Assembly: GCA_041742675.1 (NCBI GenBank)
Contig: JBGTOG010000366.1
Location: forward strand, 1 to 62,458
Direction: 5' to 3'
DNA from: Gemmatimonadaceae bacterium
Lineage (GTDB): Bacteria; Gemmatimonadota; Gemmatimonadetes; Gemmatimonadales; Gemmatimonadaceae
DNA: 62,458 nucleotides
Below, one piece after another: positions 1-8,043 of this stretch (position 1 is its first letter; every line of letters begins with the position of its first letter). The notes beneath the pieces are model-generated. The model was not told where the DNA came from, made no database searches, and was given only the letters and a program-made list of their open reading frames with translations. A program made the translations under genes and the position numbers.

Positions 1-1
1 A

Positions 2-262
2 CAGCTGCAACAGATTCCGGAGCAGGCGCACGTCATCATTGATGGCTCGCGTTCCAAGGTGATCGACTTCGATGTGCTCGAGATCCTGCGAGACTTTCGG
101 AACGCGGCGCCGGCTCGGCGCATCTCGGTTGATCTGCACGGCCTCTCGCTCGATACGCCTCTACAGGCTATTTCCGAAAAGAAGACGGACCGCGACGATC
201 ACGACGCAGGTGACGCAGAACGCGATGCCAGCCGTACCTCGCGGCAGACGGCTCGAGTGTGA
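2..262 (+). CDS. 3' end of a SulP-family anion transporter (C-terminal STAS domain), truncated by the window edge
   Basis: Frame is open from the window edge to TGA at 260-262. The translation QLQQIPEQAHVIIDGSRSKVIDFDVLEILRDFRNAAPARRISVDLHGL resembles STAS tails of SulP permeases (recall only). Confidence 0.5.
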   Translation, partial: QLQQIPEQAHVIIDGSRSKVIDFDVLEILRDFRNAAPARRISVDLHGLSLDTPLQAISEKKTDRDDHDAGDAERDASRTSRQTARV

Positions 263-301
263 ACAAGTAGTAGCTTGTGATTCGCCTCTCTGTTGCTTCG
301 A

Positions 302-1840
302 CTATGCTCTCACCATTCCCGGTTTCCCATTCTGCACCAGCCACTTCACCGGCGTCTCGACATCTGACCCGCGTTGCGTGACCTTGGGCACCACGCGATA
401 CGATGCTTCCCACTCATCTGCCGTGATGCGACACGACACATAACCACGCTGTCGGTTGTGCCACTGCACCTGCGGGTTCTGCGCGAGGGTGCGCTGGGCC
501 TGCTCGGGAAGTGTTGGTGAGCCGTCGCCGCCGGACGAAATGCTCGTGGTGACAAACTCCGCGCCGATCACCGGGCGGTCGGGACGATCAAAGCCGGCGT
601 GCAGTGTATTTGCCCAATGCGTATGAATGTCACCCGTGAGCACCACGGTGCGATTGGGCGCACGATCGGCGAGACCGGCAAGCAATCGATCGCGCGCCAC
701 GGGATATCCGCTCCACTGGTCCATGCTGACCGTTGCGTCCGGACCGGGGGTGTTGTTGTACGGCGCCATCATGATTTGTTGCGCCAGCACCTGCCAGCGC
801 GCGTCGCCTGACGCGACGCCGTCGAGCAGCCATTGCTCCTGCCGCTCACCCAGCACGGTCTGTGAGGGGTCGGACCAGTTGCCGCACGGCACGCGTTTGG
901 TGCCATCGTTGCACGGCTGGTCGCTGCGATACTGCCGCGTGTCGAGCATCCAGAGATCGGCTGTGCGTCCCCAGCGAATACGGCGGGTGATATCGATGTC
1001 AGCCCACGAACGGGCACGCGGCAAGCGCACCGGCTGATGTTCGTACCACGCCTGATAGGCGGCCGCACGTCGTGCGCGCATCTGTTCTTCCGACTCCATG
1101 CGGTTCTCACCCATCAAACCGGCATAGTTGTTGTCCACCTCGTGGTCGTCCCACACGACGAGCCATGGACAGGCGGCGTGCGCGGCTTGCAAGTCGGCGT
1201 CACTCTTGTACTGCGCGTAGCGGCGTCGATAGTCATCGAGCGTGCGGATCTCGAGACCGTGATGCCGTCGCACGCGATCATTGCCGGCATATTCGTAGAT
1301 GTAGTCGCCAAGGAAGGCGACCAGGTCCGGATGTTCCTGAGCAAGATGTGCGTGGGCCGTGAAGTAGCCTTGCTCCCAATGCTGGCAAGAGGCGAAGGCC
1401 AGCGACAGCGGCGCGATCGCATCATGCGCCGGTGCCGTGCGCAGTCTACCGACCGGCGACGTCGCGTCTCCCACATGAAAACGGTACCAATACCAGCGAT
1501 CGGCGGCGAGCCCGCGCACGTCCGCATGCACACTGTAGCCCAACTCGAATGAGGCCACACTGCTGCCGCGCGCCACGATGTTACTGAAGCTGTCATCCGT
1601 TGCCACTTCCCAGCGCACCGTGGCGCGCTGGCCGTCCATACCACCCTCTGGTTCAAACGGGCGTGGTGCGAGTCGCGTCCACAAGACACCGCCGTCAGGG
1701 AGCGGATCGCCCGACGCCACACCGAGCGTGAATGGATTATCAACAAGTCGCGGGCGCTCAGTCAGGCGCCACGCGCTCGGCGCAACGGCGCACATCGCCG
1801 CTACGCGGCTCAAGTCGAAGAAAAAATTTCGGCGGTCCAT
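302..1840 (-). CDS. phoD: PhoD-family alkaline phosphatase/phosphodiesterase, Tat-exported
   Basis: 512-aa ORF. The N-terminus MDRRNFFFDLSRVAAMCAVAP is twin-arginine-like. It carries PhoD metallophosphatase motifs FASCQHWEQGYF, FLGDYIYE, WDDHEVDNNYA and VLTGDIHTHW. Confidence 0.9.
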   Translation of the reverse strand: MDRRNFFFDLSRVAAMCAVAPSAWRLTERPRLVDNPFTLGVASGDPLPDGGVLWTRLAPRPFEPEGGMDGQRATVRWEVATDDSFSNIVARGSSVASFELGYSVHADVRGLAADRWYWYRFHVGDATSPVGRLRTAPAHDAIAPLSLAFASCQHWEQGYFTAHAHLAQEHPDLVAFLGDYIYEYAGNDRVRRHHGLEIRTLDDYRRRYAQYKSDADLQAAHAACPWLVVWDDHEVDNNYAGLMGENRMESEEQMRARRAAAYQAWYEHQPVRLPRARSWADIDITRRIRWGRTADLWMLDTRQYRSDQPCNDGTKRVPCGNWSDPSQTVLGERQEQWLLDGVASGDARWQVLAQQIMMAPYNNTPGPDATVSMDQWSGYPVARDRLLAGLADRAPNRTVVLTGDIHTHWANTLHAGFDRPDRPVIGAEFVTTSISSGGDGSPTLPEQAQRTLAQNPQVQWHNRQRGYVSCRITADEWEASYRVVPKVTQRGSDVETPVKWLVQNGKPGMVRA

Positions 1841-1963
1841 GCCCGCAATCTTCTGTCGCGGGGGGTCTTCTGCCAGTTTCGTGTGGCGCTCGTTGCGGAG
1901 CCGATACCGAAAGGATGTGGCTCGGGCACGTTAGGCCACTCGTGTGGCGACGCCAGCGAACAA

Positions 1964-2467
1964 TCAGCCTTCCATGTGCCGCTTGAATCGCATGAGATCG
2001 AGCTCCATTTGCGCCGCTGCAGTGTCCGTGAGCAGCGCCGTGTGATTCACTCCATCTTGCCACGTAAAAATGAGTCGTACTTCCGTCTGCTCCTGCGCCA
2101 CTGACGAGAACCAGACCTCACCCGTTTGCACAGTCCCTTCGAACGGCAGTGACTTCCAGGCAATCAATGTCCCTGGAATTTCGAGCGACAGTTCGGCCAT
2201 TCCAGAGGTGGTGGTACCCGTTTCCGCAATCGCTGGTGCCTTGATGGTTGGAGCAGAAGCACCTGGCATTGATCGTCGATAGTCCGTGGCCTGCGCCGTC
2301 TGTCGGTGCGCCAGGTTGCGCCACTCCTGATAGCTGCGCGACGACGGACGATTCACGGTCACAGACTTGACGAGACGACGCGTCTGTGTACGGGCCAGAT
2401 CGAGCTCCATGACTTCTCTCCAGATGATGTGTCGGGCCACGCCAATCCGGGTGTGGCCACGCATCAT
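1964..2467 (-). CDS. SRPBCC (cyclase/dehydrase-like) family protein; start may be the internal ATG at 2410
   Basis: 167-aa ORF. SVTVNRPSSRSYQEWRNL and LIAWKSLPFEGTVQTGEVWFSSVAQEQTEVRL match the usual SRPBCC pattern (TVNRP..vy.fWr.. / IAWrSlpgs..GsV.F...gTEV). Confidence 0.55.
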   Translation of the reverse strand: MMRGHTRIGVARHIIWREVMELDLARTQTRRLVKSVTVNRPSSRSYQEWRNLAHRQTAQATDYRRSMPGASAPTIKAPAIAETGTTTSGMAELSLEIPGTLIAWKSLPFEGTVQTGEVWFSSVAQEQTEVRLIFTWQDGVNHTALLTDTAAAQMELDLMRFKRHMEG

Positions 2468-2623
2468 GAAGAGTGCTCGCGCTCGCTAGTACACGCGATT
2501 ATCCAGCTGACTGAATTTCGTACTGTACCAGAGAGCGATACGGCGCTGTAGCAGTGACGGTGGTCACCACATCTTGCGAGCGATGTTGGCTGACTTTACA
2601 CAGCGGCGCATGAAGGCGCTCGC

Positions 2624-3508
2624 CTAGAGTCCGACGCCAGATCCAACAAGCATTGTTTCTGCATACTTTCGGCCGGCCCACACATGCACGCCACCGCCGG
2701 CGAAAGGAATTGGGATGGTGTAGACTCCTTTCTTGATGAACGCCCTGTTCTTGACGAGCTCCTGCGCGGCGTAGCTCAGCTTTGCGTAGTCCTCCATCGT
2801 CTTTATCACCTTGCCTACGCCGCTGAGTCCCTTCAGCACGGAGCTCAGCTGGCCAATGAAGGCGAGATCGAAATCCAGATCGCCCCACGCGAACGCCGAG
2901 CTGAATTGTTGCACGCGCTCGACACCGTGCGCGAAGACGCACACCAGGCCACCGCTCCCGCCGAGCCCACCACCTAGTTTGCCGCCGTGACAAGAAAGCG
3001 TCGCCCATTCAATCCGCGCCCGGTCAGTCGTGCCCATTCGGTAGATCCGCGCATTCCAGTTGAAATACCCGGCGAACACCAGATCACCGGAATGGGCCTC
3101 GCCGACGCCGACCCAGATGTCAGAGGTCGTTTTTTCCTCGGTCAGTCGCTCCCGAATTTCCGGCTCGCCGATTTCGACCTTGCCGAGCCAGGGAATCGCT
3201 ACGCGCTCACCGCCTTTGAACCGACGATTCTTTCGATCGGGGGTCTCCGGACAGTCGAAGTCCACGTGATATCGCAGATACCAGTTCACGATCTCGGGAA
3301 CGATGCGCCCGCCCTCGGCCGCGCCGGGGAAGTTGCACTGGATAATGCGAGCGGCTGGGACGCCGTACTGCTGTTGCAGCGAGAGCCAGCTCTCCTTGCC
3401 ACCCGGCTTGACGGTATGCCAGACGTGAACCTCCGAATCCGGGGGGCGATACGATTTCACGCCGTCCGGATTCAAACTCAGATATTTGGGGGCTCGTTCG
3501 AGTGCCAT
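2624..3508 (-). CDS. hypothetical protein with N-terminal LysM-like segment and C-terminal glycine-rich region
   Basis: 294-aa ORF with no competing ORF. HTVKPGGKESWLSLQQQYGVPAARIIQCNF is LysM-like, followed by GGKLGGGLGGSGGLVCVF. I recognise no catalytic motif. Confidence 0.6.
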   Translation of the reverse strand: MALERAPKYLSLNPDGVKSYRPPDSEVHVWHTVKPGGKESWLSLQQQYGVPAARIIQCNFPGAAEGGRIVPEIVNWYLRYHVDFDCPETPDRKNRRFKGGERVAIPWLGKVEIGEPEIRERLTEEKTTSDIWVGVGEAHSGDLVFAGYFNWNARIYRMGTTDRARIEWATLSCHGGKLGGGLGGSGGLVCVFAHGVERVQQFSSAFAWGDLDFDLAFIGQLSSVLKGLSGVGKVIKTMEDYAKLSYAAQELVKNRAFIKKGVYTIPIPFAGGGVHVWAGRKYAETMLVGSGVGL

Positions 3509-3649
3509 GCGCAGTTTCCCCGCGATCCGTGATCAAGATGTCGAGTGCCGAGCTTCAGAACGGTGCGAAATTCCATTCGGCGACGCGGAAAGGCAAGTGC
3601 GATTTTCAGCAGGCTCGCGTCACCGGGCTACCAATTCGCACGTTCGCGA

Positions 3650-4756
3650 TCAGAACGCCTGATTGAAGCCGATGTACAGCCCCGATGCGCCGTCGCGACC
3701 ACGTCCGAAGTCTACGCGCACCGCGGTACGCTGTCGTGCATCGAGCTGGAAGCGAACACCGGCGCCGTAGGTGGGCAGCAACACACGCTCCGTCAACAGA
3801 TCACCAAACGTCGGCGAGACTACGCCCGCACCCGCGAACAGCACACCACCGAGGCGGTATCGAATCGGCGTCCGGTATTCTGTCTGCGCGGCCAGCAACC
3901 ATCGATCGCGATAGCGTCCGCGCGTGTACCCACGCATGATGTCGCCCCCCCCCACGAGCGCGAGTTGATCAAACGGGGCGACACCATCCACACCCAGCAT
4001 GAGCACCTGTCCGGCCAGCACGTGTTCTCCGGAAAGACGCTGGTAGCGGCGCGCATCGAGCCGCCAGCGGGTATAAGCAAAATCTGACAGGACGCCATCG
4101 GTGGCGCGTGCGACGTTCAGCGTGAGCAGGTTGCCTGATGTTGGCGCGAACAGCTGGTCGCGCGAATCGGAGATCACGCCGACAATCGCTTCGGTCACGC
4201 GCGCACCGAGGCTACCAGGCAGCGTACCCAGTCGCAGATCGCCAATCGTGTCCGGCGTGATGCTCTGATCGAGGAATCGCAGGCCGGCCGTGGCGTACCA
4301 CGCCCCCCGTATGCGCTGCTGTACATTGACGCCGACCTCAAATCCGCTCGGGGTGTAGATCTGCTCTGCGGACTCCGACGCGGTATCACCGATCCCGAAG
4401 TACGGCAACGGGAACTTCTGCCACACCAGATTGCCGGCGAGTCGGCGATCGTTCTGCGCCGACCAACGTTCGGCGTCAATGCTGACCCGGGTCTGTTGCT
4501 TCGCACTGCGCAATACGGCGCCCTGAATCAGAGAGGGGCGCGCGGCTTTCGACGCAGGCTGTGTCCAGACGGCGAGAACGGAGGCGCCCAGTTGCAGTCC
4601 CGATTCGGGTGATGAACCAATCGCGGGCAGCGGTTGAATTCGGCGGCGCGCTGTAGAATCGGCGGCAGCCTGCGCCGGCAGTGTGGAGCTGGCGATAACT
4701 GTCGTCGTCGCTGTTAGTAGCGCGACACGGATAGCAGCGAACGGAAGGAGATTCAT
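3650..4756 (-). CDS. Omp85/BamA-family outer-membrane beta-barrel (surface antigen D15 domain), no POTRA region
   Basis: 368-aa ORF with signal peptide MNLLPFAAIRVALLTATTTVIASSTLPAQA. It has alternating beta-strand patterns, GGGDIMRGY (Omp85 loop-6-like) and a C-terminal aromatic end ...YIGFNQAF. Confidence 0.75.
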   Translation of the reverse strand: MNLLPFAAIRVALLTATTTVIASSTLPAQAAADSTARRRIQPLPAIGSSPESGLQLGASVLAVWTQPASKAARPSLIQGAVLRSAKQQTRVSIDAERWSAQNDRRLAGNLVWQKFPLPYFGIGDTASESAEQIYTPSGFEVGVNVQQRIRGAWYATAGLRFLDQSITPDTIGDLRLGTLPGSLGARVTEAIVGVISDSRDQLFAPTSGNLLTLNVARATDGVLSDFAYTRWRLDARRYQRLSGEHVLAGQVLMLGVDGVAPFDQLALVGGGDIMRGYTRGRYRDRWLLAAQTEYRTPIRYRLGGVLFAGAGVVSPTFGDLLTERVLLPTYGAGVRFQLDARQRTAVRVDFGRGRDGASGLYIGFNQAF

Positions 4757-4991
4757 GGCCCGAGCGTGAGGGGGGAGGAAGATGCGCGCCTCATACTCGC
4801 ATTCAATGACATGCGCGGCTATACGTCGGGCTACGTAGAAACGGTCACGAAATGCCCACGGGTGCCGAGTTGGCGCTGTACACCGATCAGTCGCATATTG
4901 TCCGACACCATCAGCGTGCCTTCTCCCGCTAACCTGCCGTCATTGCAGCCTTCTTTTTTCGAGTTTCTGGTGCGAGTCACAGTCACCGCCA

Positions 4992-7900
4992 ATGACTGAC
5001 GCGCTGTCGGCGTCGCTGCAGCGGGCGCTCGGCGACGCGTACCGCATTGACCGCGAACTCGGTGGCGGCGGCATGTCGCGCGTGTTCGTGGCTCGGGACC
5101 TTTCGCTTGATCGAGAGGTTGTGGTCAAGGTGCTTTCGGAAGACGCCACCGCGGGAGTGAGCGGCGATCGCTTTCGGCGAGAGATTCAGGTCATCGCGAA
5201 GTTGCAGCATCCGCATGTGGTTTCTATTCTTGCGGCGGGCTCTGCCGATGGCTCGCTGTACTACGTGATGCCGTTCGTGAGCGGAGAGACGCTGCGCGCG
5301 CGGATCGCGCGCGAGGGGGCGCTCCCGCTTCCGGATGTGGTGCGCCTGCTGCGTGAGGTGCTCGATGCGCTCGCCTTCGCACACGAGCGGGGTGTGGCAC
5401 ACCGAGATATCAAACCGGAGAATGTGCTGGTCGAGGCCGGTCACGCGGTGGTCGCGGACTTCGGCATTGCGAAGGCCTTGAGCGAATCGGGGACCATGAC
5501 GTCGGCGGGCTTCGCGGTGGGCACACCGGCGTACATGGCGCCTGAGCAGGCGACGGCCGATCCGACCACGGACCATCGTGCAGATCTGTACGCGGTGGGC
5601 GTGGTGGGCTATGAACTGCTGACGGGCCGCCCGCTGTTTGCAGGTAGCGCGCAGCAACTCATCACGGCGCATCTCACGGCACCGGTACCAAATCTTCGCG
5701 CGCTGCGTGCTGATGTGCCGGAGCCGTTGGCGACGCTCATCACGCGCGCGTTGGCAAAAGAGCCGGACCAGCGACCGCAGAGTGCCCGGGAAATGATTGC
5801 GACGCTTGATGTAGTCAGCACGCCGTCCGCGATCTCCGTCGGTGCGTCCGTGGCGGCGCGTGGAACGCCTTCTCGAGCCAAGTGGCCGTTTGCCGTGGGT
5901 GCGGCGGCGTTGTTGGCGGTGGTCGCATACCTCGCGACGGGCGCGCGTACGACTGCCGATGCCGCGCCGAGTGTGGTGATAGACGGTGCAGACCTGATTG
6001 CGGTGATGCCGCTCAGCGCGGTGTCCGATACGTCGCTGGCGCGACTTGGTCAGGACCTGGTGGTCACATTGAGCGCGAATCTCGATGGTGTGGGCTCATT
6101 GACGTCGGTGGATGCCATCACGCTGCTCATGCGAGCGAGAGAGCTGCCGTCACCGCTGCCATTGCGCGATGCGCAGATGCTCGCTCGCGAACTGGGCGCG
6201 CGCAGTGTGCTCACCGGCACACTGATTCGCGCTGGCTCGATGGTGCGCGCATCGGTGACGCTGCACCGCGTGGGAAGCGATGTCACGCTCGCGCGCGCGG
6301 AAGCCACGGCTGCGCCAGAGGAAATCGCCGCGCTCACGGACTCGCTCTCCTGGTCCGTGCTGCGGCAGGTGTGGCAAGAGGGAACGCCGCCGTCGCCGGT
6401 GCTCACCGGGCTCACCACCGCCTCGTTTGATGCCTTGCGCGAGTTTCTCGATGGCGAGCGCGCGTTTCAGAAACTCGACACAAGAAATGCGCTGCTCGCA
6501 TACGGCCGTGCGATTGAGCGTGACTCGGGATTCGCGCAGGCGCTGCTGCGCCACGACTATGTGAATGCCTGGTCGCTCAATCCGCCTGATCCGTATGTGC
6601 GTGGTCGTCTGCTGGCTGTGCTCGACAAGCTGCCGGAGCGGGAACGATTGTGGACACAGACAGAGCACGAGCGGTTGCCGTTTACACAGAAGCTCGCAAA
6701 GTGGCGTGAGCTGGTGAGCCGATACCCTGATTATCCACCGGTGCTGATGTCCGCGGCGGACATGATCATTCATGAGGGAGCGGCCTACGGTGTGCCGCTG
6801 GCCGAGTCGCGGCCCATGCTTGAGCGATTGGCGACGCTCGTGCCCGATCATGCAGATACCAAGTTTCACATCGCGGCGGTGGAAGCGCTCTCGGGCACCG
6901 ACGAAGCAGCGATCGCCGCGTTCGAAGCGGCGTCCGCGTCAATGACAGATGGATTCTGGAGCGAAAGCCTCAGGCTAAGCGTGGAGCTGCGTCGTGCGAC
7001 GGGTGGAGGACCGCCCGCGTCCCTGGAGCAGATCGAGCGAACGGGTCGGGCCGTCGTTGAGGCGTACGCCGGGCAGCAGTCTCCGGTGATTCCGTATATC
7101 TCGGGAATGCTCGTCATGGTGGAATGGAACGGCGTTGGGCCGTTGCTGGATGCGATCAAGCATCTGCGGGACGAGGGCATTTACGCGGGAACGCTCGATC
7201 GGGCGGCGAGTTGGGGTGAGGGGCACTTGCTGGCCGCACGCGGCGACTGGAACGGGAGCTTACGCGCGTTGCAGCGCTCCGAGGGAAGCGTGCTCGGAGC
7301 TGCTGCACCGATGGCCAGTGCGCGTCTGGCCGTGCTCGGCGCGTGGCTGGGCGGCGTTGAATCGGATTCGGCCGACGTGGTGCTCGCGCGCGTGCGCCGT
7401 GCGTCTGGAATCAACGAGCAGCTCTCGCAGCGGATTGAGCTGAACTGGCTGGATGGGCTGCTCGGCGTGGTGGTGGGCGACTCAGCGCGAGTCAGTCGAA
7501 TGTCCTCCGCGGTACTGCGGGATACACTCACGGGATCGCGACTGGCGCGTGCGGCCGCCGCGTCCCTCGACGGCGCGTGGCTCGCGCGCACTCGTCCAGA
7601 CGACGCCAGCGCAGCGCTCCGAGTGCAAAGTGAAAGTGCCATGTCGACCGGCGGTTTCCTGCTGCCGATCGAGGTCGTGAATCGTCTGATCGTCGCGCGA
7701 GGATTGCGGCGACAGGGCAAACCCGAAGAGGCGGAGCGCTACCTGCAGTGGCTTGACGCCGGTTACAACGTCATCCCGGCACTTAGTACTTCCTTCGGCG
7801 TGGGCGCGCTCGCGAGCTACGAGCGCGGCGTCGCCCTTGACGAAGCCGGCAAGAGCGATGCGGCGGCGGTACATCTGCTGCGTTTTGTGCGTACGTATGA

Positions 7901-8012
7901 CACGCCGCCGCCGGCGCACGAGACGCTCGTGGCAGACGCGAAGGAGCGACTGACGCGGCTTTCGACAGCGGATGCCGCGCGACGCCCGCGCACGATCACA
8001 TCGCCGAAGTAG
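4992..8012 (+). CDS. Ser/Thr protein kinase with one TM segment and a ~690-aa C-terminal extracytoplasmic/helical-repeat region
   Basis: 1006-aa ORF. Hanks kinase motifs are present: GGGGMSRVF (G-loop), VVVKVL (Lys), HRDIKPENVL, DFGIAK and GTPAYMAPE. The TM segment is WPFAVGAAALLAVVAYLATGA. Confidence 0.9.
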   Translation: MTDALSASLQRALGDAYRIDRELGGGGMSRVFVARDLSLDREVVVKVLSEDATAGVSGDRFRREIQVIAKLQHPHVVSILAAGSADGSLYYVMPFVSGETLRARIAREGALPLPDVVRLLREVLDALAFAHERGVAHRDIKPENVLVEAGHAVVADFGIAKALSESGTMTSAGFAVGTPAYMAPEQATADPTTDHRADLYAVGVVGYELLTGRPLFAGSAQQLITAHLTAPVPNLRALRADVPEPLATLITRALAKEPDQRPQSAREMIATLDVVSTPSAISVGASVAARGTPSRAKWPFAVGAAALLAVVAYLATGARTTADAAPSVVIDGADLIAVMPLSAVSDTSLARLGQDLVVTLSANLDGVGSLTSVDAITLLMRARELPSPLPLRDAQMLARELGARSVLTGTLIRAGSMVRASVTLHRVGSDVTLARAEATAAPEEIAALTDSLSWSVLRQVWQEGTPPSPVLTGLTTASFDALREFLDGERAFQKLDTRNALLAYGRAIERDSGFAQALLRHDYVNAWSLNPPDPYVRGRLLAVLDKLPERERLWTQTEHERLPFTQKLAKWRELVSRYPDYPPVLMSAADMIIHEGAAYGVPLAESRPMLERLATLVPDHADTKFHIAAVEALSGTDEAAIAAFEAASASMTDGFWSESLRLSVELRRATGGGPPASLEQIERTGRAVVEAYAGQQSPVIPYISGMLVMVEWNGVGPLLDAIKHLRDEGIYAGTLDRAASWGEGHLLAARGDWNGSLRALQRSEGSVLGAAAPMASARLAVLGAWLGGVESDSADVVLARVRRASGINEQLSQRIELNWLDGLLGVVVGDSARVSRMSSAVLRDTLTGSRLARAAAASLDGAWLARTRPDDASAALRVQSESAMSTGGFLLPIEVVNRLIVARGLRRQGKPEEAERYLQWLDAGYNVIPALSTSFGVGALASYERGVALDEAGKSDAAAVHLLRFVRTYDTPPPAHETLVADAKERLTRLSTADAARRPRTITSPK

Positions 8013-8043
8013 TTCGCGGGCTGGTATCGCACTATGCTTCGAC

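Noticed and set aside
4766-4999. A 77-aa ORF in the lower-GC spacer between the Omp85-like gene and the kinase
   Set aside because: It has no ATG start context or Shine-Dalgarno sequence that I could see, and no recognisable sequence features. It overlaps the kinase start. The region is more likely a divergent promoter region.
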